From positions 6,269 to 70,268 of IMG/VR virus record IMGVR_UViG_3300033407_000009: DNA of 64,000 nucleotides. One strand, 5' to 3'. The notes beneath the pieces were generated by a model. It saw only the letters and a program-made list of their open reading frames with translations. It did not search any database and was not told the origin of the DNA. Positions 26,689 to 35,311 of this stretch are shown in pieces (the first letter of the stretch is position 1; each line of letters starts with the position of its first letter). Made by a program: the position numbers and the translations under genes. Origin of the DNA: a virus (Duplodnaviria > Caudoviricetes).

Positions 26689-26976
26689 TTCAATGGTGTG
26701 GGGGCAGGCGTCCCAGTCGCACGTGTCCGGGTCGCGATGGGCGTCGGCCAAGCAGGCGGGGTCGGACCGGAGCAGCTCGAGCGCCTGCCGCGTCAATGGG
26801 TCGATGGTCATGTGTACCTTCCCGCGGGTCACCCGCCCGCGGAGAAAATGCCGGCGGGTATCCGCGGCCGGCTCGCGGGGGTGATCGTCATCTCGGGTGT
26901 ATCGGTCGTGGCGGATCCGGTGGTCCGGGCACTGGCGTCTCATGCTGGACCCGTTCATGTTTCCTCCTTCTCAATA

Positions 26977-27180
26977 TCAGTCGTCGCGGCCGGAGTGTGG
27001 GCGGCTCATCCACGACCATTCGTAGTCGTCGTCGTCGCCCCAGTCTGCTAGGCGTTTTGCCTCGGCCTCAGCCTCAGCCGCCGTCATGTTTCCGCCGCCG
27101 GCTGGCTGGCGGTGGAATCCCTGCTCATCCTCACTCGCCACGTACCAGCCGTTGGCACCCTGGAATGCTCGATAGGTCAT
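26977..27180 (-). CDS. hypothetical protein
   Basis: RBS GAGGAG directly after hairpin motif A. Confidence 0.65.
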   Translation of the reverse strand: MTYRAFQGANGWYVASEDEQGFHRQPAGGGNMTAAEAEAEAKRLADWGDDDDYEWSWMSRPHSGRDD

Positions 27181-27235
27181 CGTCTCATCTCCTCATTCAA
27201 GTTAGCCCCGCGGGTCACCCGCCCGCGGTGGCGTG

Positions 27236-27799
27236 TCATTCGACCTCTGCCTCTGCCACAGCCATCCGGCCGCGGACGTAATCGGCAACTGCCTCACAAC
27301 CGCCGATCAGCCTCACCTTGGCGTCCTCGCACTCGGAGATGAGTGCCGACACCAACGCGTCAACGTCACCAGCGTGCGATTCGAGCTCCGCAGGGATATC
27401 CAGGTCCTGCAACCAGTCGTCGGCCTCGCAGTACTCGGAATCTGGCAGCCGCCCGAGCCTCTGCTCCAGTGCGTCGAGCGCCTCTGCCGCCTCGTCCGTC
27501 AGTCGGCCGACGTGGTTGTTGCCGTCCCAGTCGACGGTATGACCGTCGCAGATCGCCTCCAGCAATCGCTGAGCGTCACCCTCCAGGTAGTCCGTCAGTT
27601 GCCCCTCGTCCACGTAGGGGCTCAGGCAGCACGTCAGCTCCCGTCCGTGCCAGATTGCCATGCTGACACCGTTGCCGCTCTCGGGGTTGTATTCGGCGTA
27701 GGCCGTTTGCTCTTGCGGGTCGATCACCAGCCTGGCTGGCTGCGGCTCAGTCTGTCCTGGATAACGGTGACAGAGTTCGGTGATTGTGATTTTGGTCAT
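27236..27799 (-). CDS. hypothetical acidic protein
   Basis: RBS AAGGAG; acidic early-gene composition. Confidence 0.7.
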   Translation of the reverse strand: MTKITITELCHRYPGQTEPQPARLVIDPQEQTAYAEYNPESGNGVSMAIWHGRELTCCLSPYVDEGQLTDYLEGDAQRLLEAICDGHTVDWDGNNHVGRLTDEAAEALDALEQRLGRLPDSEYCEADDWLQDLDIPAELESHAGDVDALVSALISECEDAKVRLIGGCEAVADYVRGRMAVAEAEVE

Positions 27800-27924
27800 C
27801 GTCTAGATCTCCTTGTCCCGTCAGTCACTCGGATCACCCGTCCGAGCGTCCAGCCGCACCAGCGTGGAGGTGGGACGTGCGGCCATGCCGGCGGGTATCC
27901 GCGGCCGGCCCGCGGGGGTGAACG

Positions 27925-28272
27925 TCAGATCTCCACGGCCCGCGATACGATGTCGCTCACCTCGTCCTCGTCGTCCTCCTCGCCACTCATCACGAGAGCC
28001 TCGCTGATCTCCCGTGCGAGAGCAGCGCAGGCATGATGGCGATAGTCAGCCACCTGTTGGCCCGTCGGGATCCAGCCGTCCTCGCCGTACGACCAGACCT
28101 GCCCGGCAGCCTGCGACCAGTCTGCGGCGACGGCGTAGATTTCCCCCTTCAACCACGGCTCGACAGCCAGGCCGGAGGTGCCGTCTGGTGCCTGCAGCGA
28201 TTTCAGCGATGCCGGCCGGCGGAAGCTGGCGAGCATCTTCTCCGTGTAATTTTCGTCGTCGTAGTTTGTCAT
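27925..28272 (-). CDS. hypothetical acidic protein
   Basis: RBS GGGAG after hairpin motif A. Confidence 0.6.
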   Translation of the reverse strand: MTNYDDENYTEKMLASFRRPASLKSLQAPDGTSGLAVEPWLKGEIYAVAADWSQAAGQVWSYGEDGWIPTGQQVADYRHHACAALAREISEALVMSGEEDDEDEVSDIVSRAVEI

Positions 28273-28662
28273 CGTCGTATCTCCCATTCGTGTTAGCCCC
28301 GCGGGTCACCCGCCCGCGGTGGCCTCATGCAATCGAATCGCTTCCTTGCACATCTCCTGCCACTCTGTCCAGTAGCGGCCGATCAGTTCATCATTTCCGG
28401 CGGTGTCCACCTGCCCCTGGTCGTAGAGGTCGATGGCTCCATTGATGGCCAGGTGGTACTTGTGGCCGGCGTAGGCCGCCTTGATGGCGGCGTCGTAGGC
28501 GGCCTGGTTCATCAATGTCAATTCCTCCTCAACAGGGTTGACCGCGCTCCCGGTCGCGACAACGACGCGGGAGCCTTTTTCGTGGGGATCGAACGTCAGA
28601 CTAGCCGCTCGTTGCGGCCTCGTCAACAAAACAAATGTCACTCCGCCGCAAAATTGGGCAAG

Positions 28663-29391
28663 TCAGCAGAGGTCGCATTTGCGCCTCATCGGCATGAGCA
28701 GGTAGTGGCTGCCGTTGTCGGCATTTCCGCGAACAGGCCGTCCGTCGTCGTAGAACTCGATGGTCAGCTTGCTCTTGGCAGGCAGCGACTCGAGCCAGTT
28801 CCGCAGCGCTTCGACGTCCAGCCTCATGGACGCCTCGCCGGCAATGGTTATGCAGCCACTGTTCTTGGGAGGTTTGATGTCCTGCACGATACTGGCGGTC
28901 TTGTTCCGCAGGTCGAACAGGTAGCCGTTGTTACCAGGCGTGGGAAGCGAGCCCAGCACGTCTTCGCGGACGCCGTGAATCACGCCTTCCGGCTGGCCGG
29001 TTACTGTGTCGTGGTGGTAGCATTCCTTCCAGTTCGGGAATCTGCCTTCCACCAGCGGCACCTCACAAGTCACCACGCGCGGTTTCGCCTTCCTGGTGAC
29101 TTGGAACGTGATGGCCTTGTCCCCCTTGGGGGACCACGCAACCTGGCCGAACGCTGTCTTGGTGATCCGCCGGCAGAGATCCCTGACGCCACGAACATCC
29201 AAGAGATACTGGCCGTCAGGCAGGAAGGATTCCGGCATCTCGCGGTAGGCCATGTGGCGGCCGTCGGTCGCACACGCGGTGATCTTGCCGTTGCATTCCA
29301 GCTGAATCGATTGGGTTGTGAACCGAAATGAGCCGGTATCCGCCGCAAAGGACACTGAATCCAACAATGATCGCAACTGTTGAGCGAGCAT
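28663..29391 (-). CDS. DNA polymerase III beta-clamp-like protein (shortened, about two domains)
   Basis: LLDSVSFAA...ACATDGRHMA...EGRFPNWKEC resembles DnaN domain 2 (ATDGHRL, GxFPdY). Confidence 0.65.
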   Translation of the reverse strand: MLAQQLRSLLDSVSFAADTGSFRFTTQSIQLECNGKITACATDGRHMAYREMPESFLPDGQYLLDVRGVRDLCRRITKTAFGQVAWSPKGDKAITFQVTRKAKPRVVTCEVPLVEGRFPNWKECYHHDTVTGQPEGVIHGVREDVLGSLPTPGNNGYLFDLRNKTASIVQDIKPPKNSGCITIAGEASMRLDVEALRNWLESLPAKSKLTIEFYDDGRPVRGNADNGSHYLLMPMRRKCDLC

Positions 29392-29704
29392 GGCAAACCC
29401 CTCGAGTGTGAGAACAAAAGGGCGAAAACGATTTCCGCCGCCGCATGAAGTACCCGTTGTCGCCGCGAAAATTTTCATCCGCTGGCGGCAATCAAGAGAT
29501 CCGCTGGCGGCAATCGCTGGCGGCAATCCCTAACCAGGTGTGGGCTAGGTGGCATCCCTGGTGAGATTTGGGTGAAAAATCCCGCAAGTCTAGTACCCGT
29601 TTGGGTTTGCGAGATTTTCTGAAAATCAGAGGATCGGCAACGGGTACTGACTGCAAGAGCGGACCACGTCGGGACCGCTCAAAGACTCACATGGGGAGAT
29701 TCAG

Positions 29705-30004
29705 ATGAACGCATCCGCATTGTTTTCCAAGGTGCTGGCCGGGGACATGACGCAAGCTCAATTCGAGGCCGCGCTGGCCAGTGCAGCGCCCGCTCGCAAG
29801 CGCGGGCCGCAAATCAAGGTGACGGAAAAGGGAGGCATATACGCGTACCATCCAGACGCGCCAAAGCAGTTGTCTTCTGAGGGAAAGGAATACACCCCCG
29901 CGCTGAATATCCCTGCCTACGCTGTTGGGACACTGGCCTTGATCCTTGCAGACAAGGAGCTTGCCAAACAATTCTTCAGCGCGGTAGCTGCTGCTGCGAA
30001 GTAG
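29705..30004 (+). CDS. hypothetical protein
   Basis: RBS GGGGAG; followed by a terminator. Confidence 0.65.
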   Translation: MNASALFSKVLAGDMTQAQFEAALASAAPARKRGPQIKVTEKGGIYAYHPDAPKQLSSEGKEYTPALNIPAYAVGTLALILADKELAKQFFSAVAAAAK

Positions 30005-30025
30005 GTTACGACGATTCCAAGGATA

Positions 30026-30051
30026 GCCCGGGAGAAATCTCGGGCTTTTTT
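30026..30051 (+). terminator. intrinsic terminator
   Basis: GCCCGGGA-gaaa-TCTCGGGC then TTTTTT. Confidence 0.8.
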
Positions 30052-30080
30052 GTTGACAGCATGTCAACAGAGTCTATGAT
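30051..30080 (+). promoter_or_regulatory. promoter with perfect palindromic operator over the -35
   Basis: TGTTGACA-GCA-TGTCAACA (30051-30069); TTGACA-16bp-TATGAT. Confidence 0.75.
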
Positions 30081-30196
30081 ACCAACGTGAACACGACCGA
30101 ACCACAACGAACCACGCGCGGCCCTAGTACGCTCTGCGCTACTCGCGCTGGTCGTGTTCACCCTAGGGCCGCGCATTTTTCCATTGGAGGTGAACC

Positions 30197-30715
30197 ATGG
30201 AAACCACGACGCGAGAAGAGTTTGCAAGTCTCTACCCCCTCATCCGCCACATTGCCCGCCGGCGGATCACGCGCAGTCTGGCACTGGCCGGAATCTCCAA
30301 TCCAACCGAGCTCCAGGATCGACTGGACAACGCGATAGCTCACTCGTGGGTGCTCTACTGCCGCCATCGGCCGACAATGGAGTCGGCCCGGGAATGTGCG
30401 GTCAAGGCCGCCAGTCTGGCTGCGCGCAAGACTCACCTAGTCGGTGGCACCCGCCGGCCCGGCTACGTCGACGCGATGGATCGGAGGGATTTCCGCAAGG
30501 TGGATCTGTCCACCGTCCCAGTCGACACCGAGCTCCGCCAGCGGGACGATTCAGACGCCCAGTCTCGGCTACTCGACTCACTCCCGGCTGTCCTTCGGCC
30601 GATCGCTGTACTGCTGATGGCAGGCCTATCACGTGTCGAGATTGCCAGACGGCGGCACTGCTCGCCAGCCACGATTACCCGCCGCTGCGATTCGATCGCC
30701 GAGTTGATCGGGTAG
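30197..30715 (+). CDS. ECF/sigma70-like factor (region 4 HTH)
   Basis: LLDSLPAVLRPIAVLLMAGLSRVEIARRRHCSPATITRR (sigma r4) with a region-2-like N-terminus; RBS GGAGG. Confidence 0.7.
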   Translation: METTTREEFASLYPLIRHIARRRITRSLALAGISNPTELQDRLDNAIAHSWVLYCRHRPTMESARECAVKAASLAARKTHLVGGTRRPGYVDAMDRRDFRKVDLSTVPVDTELRQRDDSDAQSRLLDSLPAVLRPIAVLLMAGLSRVEIARRRHCSPATITRRCDSIAELIG

Positions 30716-30739
30716 ACTGGGGACGTCGGCTGTTCCTCT

Positions 30740-30775
30740 AACCCCGTACTGGCTAACGTTGGTGCGGGGTTTTTC
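30740..30775 (+). terminator. intrinsic terminator
   Basis: AACCCCGTAC...GTGCGGGGTT then TTTT. Confidence 0.7.
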
Positions 30776-30868
30776 TATGCGCGGACGCATGGTAGGCTCG
30801 GGGACATGATCGATTCCGAGCACGGGACACTGTACACCCCTCATAGGGCAGGAGGCAGAAAGGCCACC

Positions 30869-31072
30869 ATGCCCGACAACGCCCGTCGGACGGTCAGACT
30901 TCCGGTCGAGCTAAACGGATGGCTGTCTGATTGGTCCCGAAGGGCAGGGCTCACGGCTTCAGATTGCCTCCGCCTCTGCCTCGAGTATGCCCGTCGGACA
31001 GATCCACCCCTCCCGGGCATATCGGCCCACATAGGCCAATCTGACGCGTCTAGCAAGGGAAAAGAAGCCTAG
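30869..31072 (+). CDS. ribbon-helix-helix-like DNA-binding protein
   Basis: RRTVRLPVELNGWLSDWSRRAGLTASDCLRLCL pattern. Confidence 0.5.
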   Translation: MPDNARRTVRLPVELNGWLSDWSRRAGLTASDCLRLCLEYARRTDPPLPGISAHIGQSDASSKGKEA

Positions 31073-32630
31073 CCTGCACTGGGAAATGGGCAGTTGGCAG
31101 GATGCATGCAACCCGCGCCAGGTCTGTAGTCGAGCGTCCACCCCTGTAGTCAACAGCTGCTCTCACTCATGCCGGCATGCATGTCGCACCGAACGGTGAG
31201 TACGTCGTAAGTCCAGGCCCCCACTAGACTAGCAGCACACACGCACACACGCACACGCGTGATTGTGGGGTGTGGCTGGGGTGGCTGGGGGTGTCGCTCG
31301 CAGGCGCGCGAGGGGGGGGCTGGACCAACGCGGCGGCCAAAACCCTGTAGGTACGCTCCCGAGACTCTTTTCCCGAAACCCTTACTGCCAGTCGGTTTAT
31401 ACGGTATTGGTGGCTGTCGAGAAAGCGCGTAGAGACGGCCATTCGACCGTAGGGGTGTCGCTCGTCCCGCAGTGCGTCTTAGGCCGTTTCATCACCACCG
31501 GGGGAAGGCCTGAGATTGGAGTCATCAGGCGACGAGTCTATCGGCGGGTTAGTTTGCCGGTTTGAGGGCTGTAAGCTGTTCCGCCGCGTCCAGCGAGTTT
31601 GAGTGTACCTTGGGTGCTGGGATGTTGGAAAGAGTTCTTCTCGGGGAGGCCGCACTAGAGTGGCCCTTGCTGTGCTCGGCAGCGGATCTGGTGGATGGTG
31701 TTGTCGTATGGTGCTCCGCGGAAGGAGCCGTCTGTCTGGATACCGTCTTGGATTCGCTGGTTTGCGGATTTGGGATCGGCGGCGTAGTGTTCGATGGCCT
31801 GGTTGAGGTGCCACCAGTCGATGGATTCCATGATGGGGTGGTCGCGTCTCCAGAGGATTTCTTTCGCGAGATCTCTGGTTACCGAGCCGATGGTCTCATT
31901 TTTGAGTAGCTCCTCGAGCATTTTGATTGGGAAGATTCCGCCCATGTCATAACGCCTTCCTTTCCATTTCGATTTCCTTGATGGACTTGCCGCAGACTCT
32001 GCACCGTTGGTTGTCGTGGTCCATAGCGTGGCCTACGCAGAAAGACTCGGCCTGTTTTCTTTGAGCTTCGATCTGGTGGACAGAGGCGGGTGTGGCTCGC
32101 TGTGGGCCGGATTCGGGTGGATTTTCCTGCCATTCACCGCACCAGAAGTCTCTGGGTACTTCGGGGAGTTGTGGCTCTGGATTCCCGTAGGAGCCGACGG
32201 CGACGATGGTGGGTGGGAATCGGACACAGGTGAGTCGCGAGGTGTCGCCGATGGGTTTGGCGAAGCGGCAGTTTTGGCAGGATTGGTTCACTTGTCCCAC
32301 CTTTCCCACTGGCCGCACCAGTCAAATTTGTGCGTTATTGGCCAGCATGTCGTGAAGTCGTCAAGGGGAACCAAAGTCGTTTGGCAGCGGTGATTGGGCG
32401 TGAATATGGTGGACGGAGGGTTCAGACGGCAGTACCCTTTCTCTTCAAATTCCTGCGAGTAGAACCTGCAGGTGCAGCAGATCTGGGGGGTGGCCTCGCG
32501 CTGCGACTCGGGATGGTTTCGGATGGCGTGGTAGGGGTCGATGTTGAAGTCGCTCATCCGGCCTCCTTCGACAGGTTCCTCTTCCCGAGAGTGTAGTGGA
32601 TTGTTGTAATGTGGGGAAAGGAGAAAGCTG

Positions 32631-32930
32631 ATGCAACGCAGATCATTCTTGAGTAGCGTGTTTGAGTTGTTGGGTGGGCTGTGCTGGTGGAGGAAGGCGG
32701 AGGCTGATACGACGAGCGTTCACTGGGTTGCCAAGAGGCGAATCGAGCCAATTGCCGATGTCGAGAAGCGTTTTGGCGTAAAGTTGAACGAGCTCGGCTA
32801 TTGGGCAGACATTCCGTGTTGTGATTGCCAGGATGGGCACGACATGACGATGAAGGTGTGGATCTGGAATCCAGGCCAGCAGGTCGGTGTGTCTCCACTA
32901 CAGTCCATGCTTGGCAAGGAGCCTCATTGA
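32631..32930 (+). CDS. protein with twin-arginine-like leader
   Basis: MQRRSFLS...AEA; RBS AAGGAG. Confidence 0.55.
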   Translation: MQRRSFLSSVFELLGGLCWWRKAEADTTSVHWVAKRRIEPIADVEKRFGVKLNELGYWADIPCCDCQDGHDMTMKVWIWNPGQQVGVSPLQSMLGKEPH

Positions 32931-33102
32931 TCCGCCACCTAGACACCGAAAACGCGCGCAAGATCACCTCGGCCCTGGCCGCGTTGGAAGACTTGTTGCG
33001 CAAGGCGGTGAGCGAGGGGGATATCAACGCGGTGAGTGTGCGGGTGCCGGTGAATCACCGGAAACTCGGGAAGGTTCGAGTGGTTGTGGAGCGGGAATTG
33101 AC

Positions 33103-33248
33103 TTGACTAAAGTCCAGAAACTTCCCACCATTTCCAGTAGGTGATTTGGAACTGCGAGCAGTAGCGGGTGGTAAGGCCACCCGAACTCACCAGCGTTAGC
33201 GGACACGAAAACCCGCGGCTGCCTTTCATGGCGGCTGGCGGGTTTTTT
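33103..33248 (+). ncRNA. putative stand-alone crRNA-like small RNA (promoter + solo repeat fragment + hairpin + terminator)
   Basis: TTGACT-17bp-CACCAT; TTTGGAACTGCGAGC at 33145-33159; hairpin CGGGTGG/CCACCCG; terminator AACCCGCGGCTGCC...GGCGGCTGGCGGGTTTTTT ending at 33248. Confidence 0.6.
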
Positions 33249-33632
33249 CGTTCTTGGAGGGCACCCGTGGCTCTCATGCTGTCATGGCTGTTGGGGTTTG
33301 TTGCACGGGACGTCTATGTGCGAGTGGACTTCATTGAGCGAAACCATGCCCGCAATATCGATCAGTATGTGTTCTGGGACATCCACCGAGACGGGATGTA
33401 CCACGTCGTGGCCTGGCGGCTGGCCGAGAAGTGCGGATCGATCACGAGGACAGGAACCGGCTGGGATCTCCGCTGGCGCGAAGGCGGGATGAGGTACTCG
33501 GCAAGGGGGACGTGCTACCGGGAAACCTGGACGCGCCAGGATGTGGAGTTGGCCGATAGGGAGTTCTTTCCGGAGCACGAGCGCCGGGGATTGCGATAGT
33601 TGGGGCCATGACTTTACAAGGAGATCAATTGC

Positions 33633-33995
33633 ATGTCGGAAGTAACTTCCCACAAGGTGAATGGATTGAACGAATTGCTTCGCATTGAAGTGCTGGACGA
33701 TCCTGGTCCCGGAAACGCCTGCCACCAATATTCTATCACCCCCACCATTGGCAACGCCTCTGGTGTCAGGATTGATTTTCAGAAAGGACCTCTCAAGGAA
33801 AGCCCTCCCAACGGATTGAGCAACGAGTCGCTCCTTGCCATCGTCGAGCATCGCTTGCAGGGATTCCAGTCCGGCATTTATGCCTGCCGTGAGAACGCGC
33901 TGGCGTTGACGAAGATTCAAGAGGCGATGCACTGGCTTCACCACCGAACTCGCGAGCGAGTCGCCCGTGGAGTCGAGGGCACATCACAGAAGTAA
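33633..33995 (+). CDS. tad1: Tad1-family anti-defence sponge protein
   Basis: GPGNACHQY...FQKGP.KE...NG...LLAIVEHRLQGFQSG.YACRENALALTKIQEAMHWL..RT.ER..RGVEGT is collinear with Tad1 as recalled. Confidence 0.85.
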   Translation: MSEVTSHKVNGLNELLRIEVLDDPGPGNACHQYSITPTIGNASGVRIDFQKGPLKESPPNGLSNESLLAIVEHRLQGFQSGIYACRENALALTKIQEAMHWLHHRTRERVARGVEGTSQK

Positions 33996-34215
33996 CCTGG
34001 CCACCCGGACGGCTACACAATGGATCTCGACGAATTGGTTCGCAAGTCGATCGACGAGTTGACGGAGATGCAACCGGGCATAGATCCGGCGTCTTCGCAT
34101 GGGCGGGCGGACGCGATCCTGCTGTCCGTCCTGGAGGCCGATCACCTGGAGGGCGTGGCGGCTGCCTGGCGCAGCGCCCAGTCGAGGGTGGGATTTCTTT
34201 ACGAGTGAGGCTGTC

Positions 34216-35067
34216 ATGCTGCAAGAGAAGCTCTGGTATCTGTCGAAGCTGAACTGGGTGGGGATGCTCACGTTTGTCTCGGGGCTGCTGGCCTGGCTGA
34301 TCGGGCAGGACCTGATTGCCGATCACCCGCAATTGGTGTCCGCGCTGACGATGCTGCTGGGGTTCATCGTATTCGTCTTGAGGACGATCACGAAACAGCC
34401 TGTCACGTTCCAGGCGGCCAAGGGCAAGTGGTGCCTGATTCCGCTGGCTGCGTTGTTGATGATTCCCGGCACTTCGTACGCGCAGGATCGTCAGTACCTG
34501 AACATCACAGGCCTTCCGGCGGGGGACTATCATCTGCGGATCAATTCTGATGGGAGTACGGCGACGGTCCCTTTCCGGCTGATCGAGATCGGGAGTACCC
34601 CGCCGCCCATCGATCCGGGCGATCCGACTCCGACTCTGTCACGCGTCGGCCAGACCGTCTTCGCCTTGTGCCGCCAGTACAACCTCGACAAGGCTACCGT
34701 CGCGGAATTATCCGCTATCTACGAAGCCGCCTCTTCGCGCACCGATGCGTCCCTGACCGCGGTGTTCGAGACCGTGCGCGGTATGACGGACGCCTTGCTG
34801 GCCATCCGCGGTAAGTCGCAGGAGTTCGCCGCGTTCCGGGAAGACTTGACCAACCAGGTGAATACTCCGGAGATCACCTCTGGCCGGTACACGCACGCCA
34901 CCTTCGCCGAAGTAGCCGAGGGAATGAGCGCGCACGCCGACGAGCAGGCGATCAGCGCGGACAAGATCATTCGGGTATTCATGATGGTGCTGGACACGCT
35001 CATCAGTGGAGAGCGTCTGACGATTCAGAAGATCATCGAGATTATGGTGGCATTACTGGGGCCGTGA
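34216..35067 (+). CDS. holin-like/membrane protein with soluble C-terminal domain
   Basis: KLWYLSKLNW followed by 2-3 TM helices. Confidence 0.5.
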   Translation: MLQEKLWYLSKLNWVGMLTFVSGLLAWLIGQDLIADHPQLVSALTMLLGFIVFVLRTITKQPVTFQAAKGKWCLIPLAALLMIPGTSYAQDRQYLNITGLPAGDYHLRINSDGSTATVPFRLIEIGSTPPPIDPGDPTPTLSRVGQTVFALCRQYNLDKATVAELSAIYEAASSRTDASLTAVFETVRGMTDALLAIRGKSQEFAAFREDLTNQVNTPEITSGRYTHATFAEVAEGMSAHADEQAISADKIIRVFMMVLDTLISGERLTIQKIIEIMVALLGP

Positions 35068-35068
35068 T

Positions 35069-35311
35069 ATGCAGGGCAAGCGAGTCTATCCGTCCGACAA
35101 AGGTCTGCCGCTCGATCCGGGCGAGTTCGACCAGAAGAACGGGACGTGGTATGCACGGACGCCGAACGGGCACTGGGGCAACCTCAGCAACCACGACGTG
35201 ACCGAGCACGACGACGGAACCATCACCGTGTCTCCGTCGATTCTGGTGTCAGACGATAGTGGCGAATTGTGGCACGGCTACCTCCGGGCTGGTGTGTGGG
35301 AGGAATGCTAA
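35069..35311 (+). CDS. DUF6527-like small protein
   Basis: EHDDGTITVSPSILV...WHGYLRAGVW. Confidence 0.6.
   Translation: MQGKRVYPSDKGLPLDPGEFDQKNGTWYARTPNGHWGNLSNHDVTEHDDGTITVSPSILVSDDSGELWHGYLRAGVWEEC

Larger units (their letters stand above)
26821..28323 (-). repeat. dispersed GC-rich hairpin repeats between leftward genes
   Basis: Motif A CCCGCGGGTCACCCGCCCGCGG at 26821, 27207 and 28298 (32-bp identity at 27201-27232 and 28292-28323). Motif B ATGCCGGCGGGTATCCGCGGCCGGCYCGCGGGGGTGA at 26848-26884 and 27885-27921. Confidence 0.92.
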
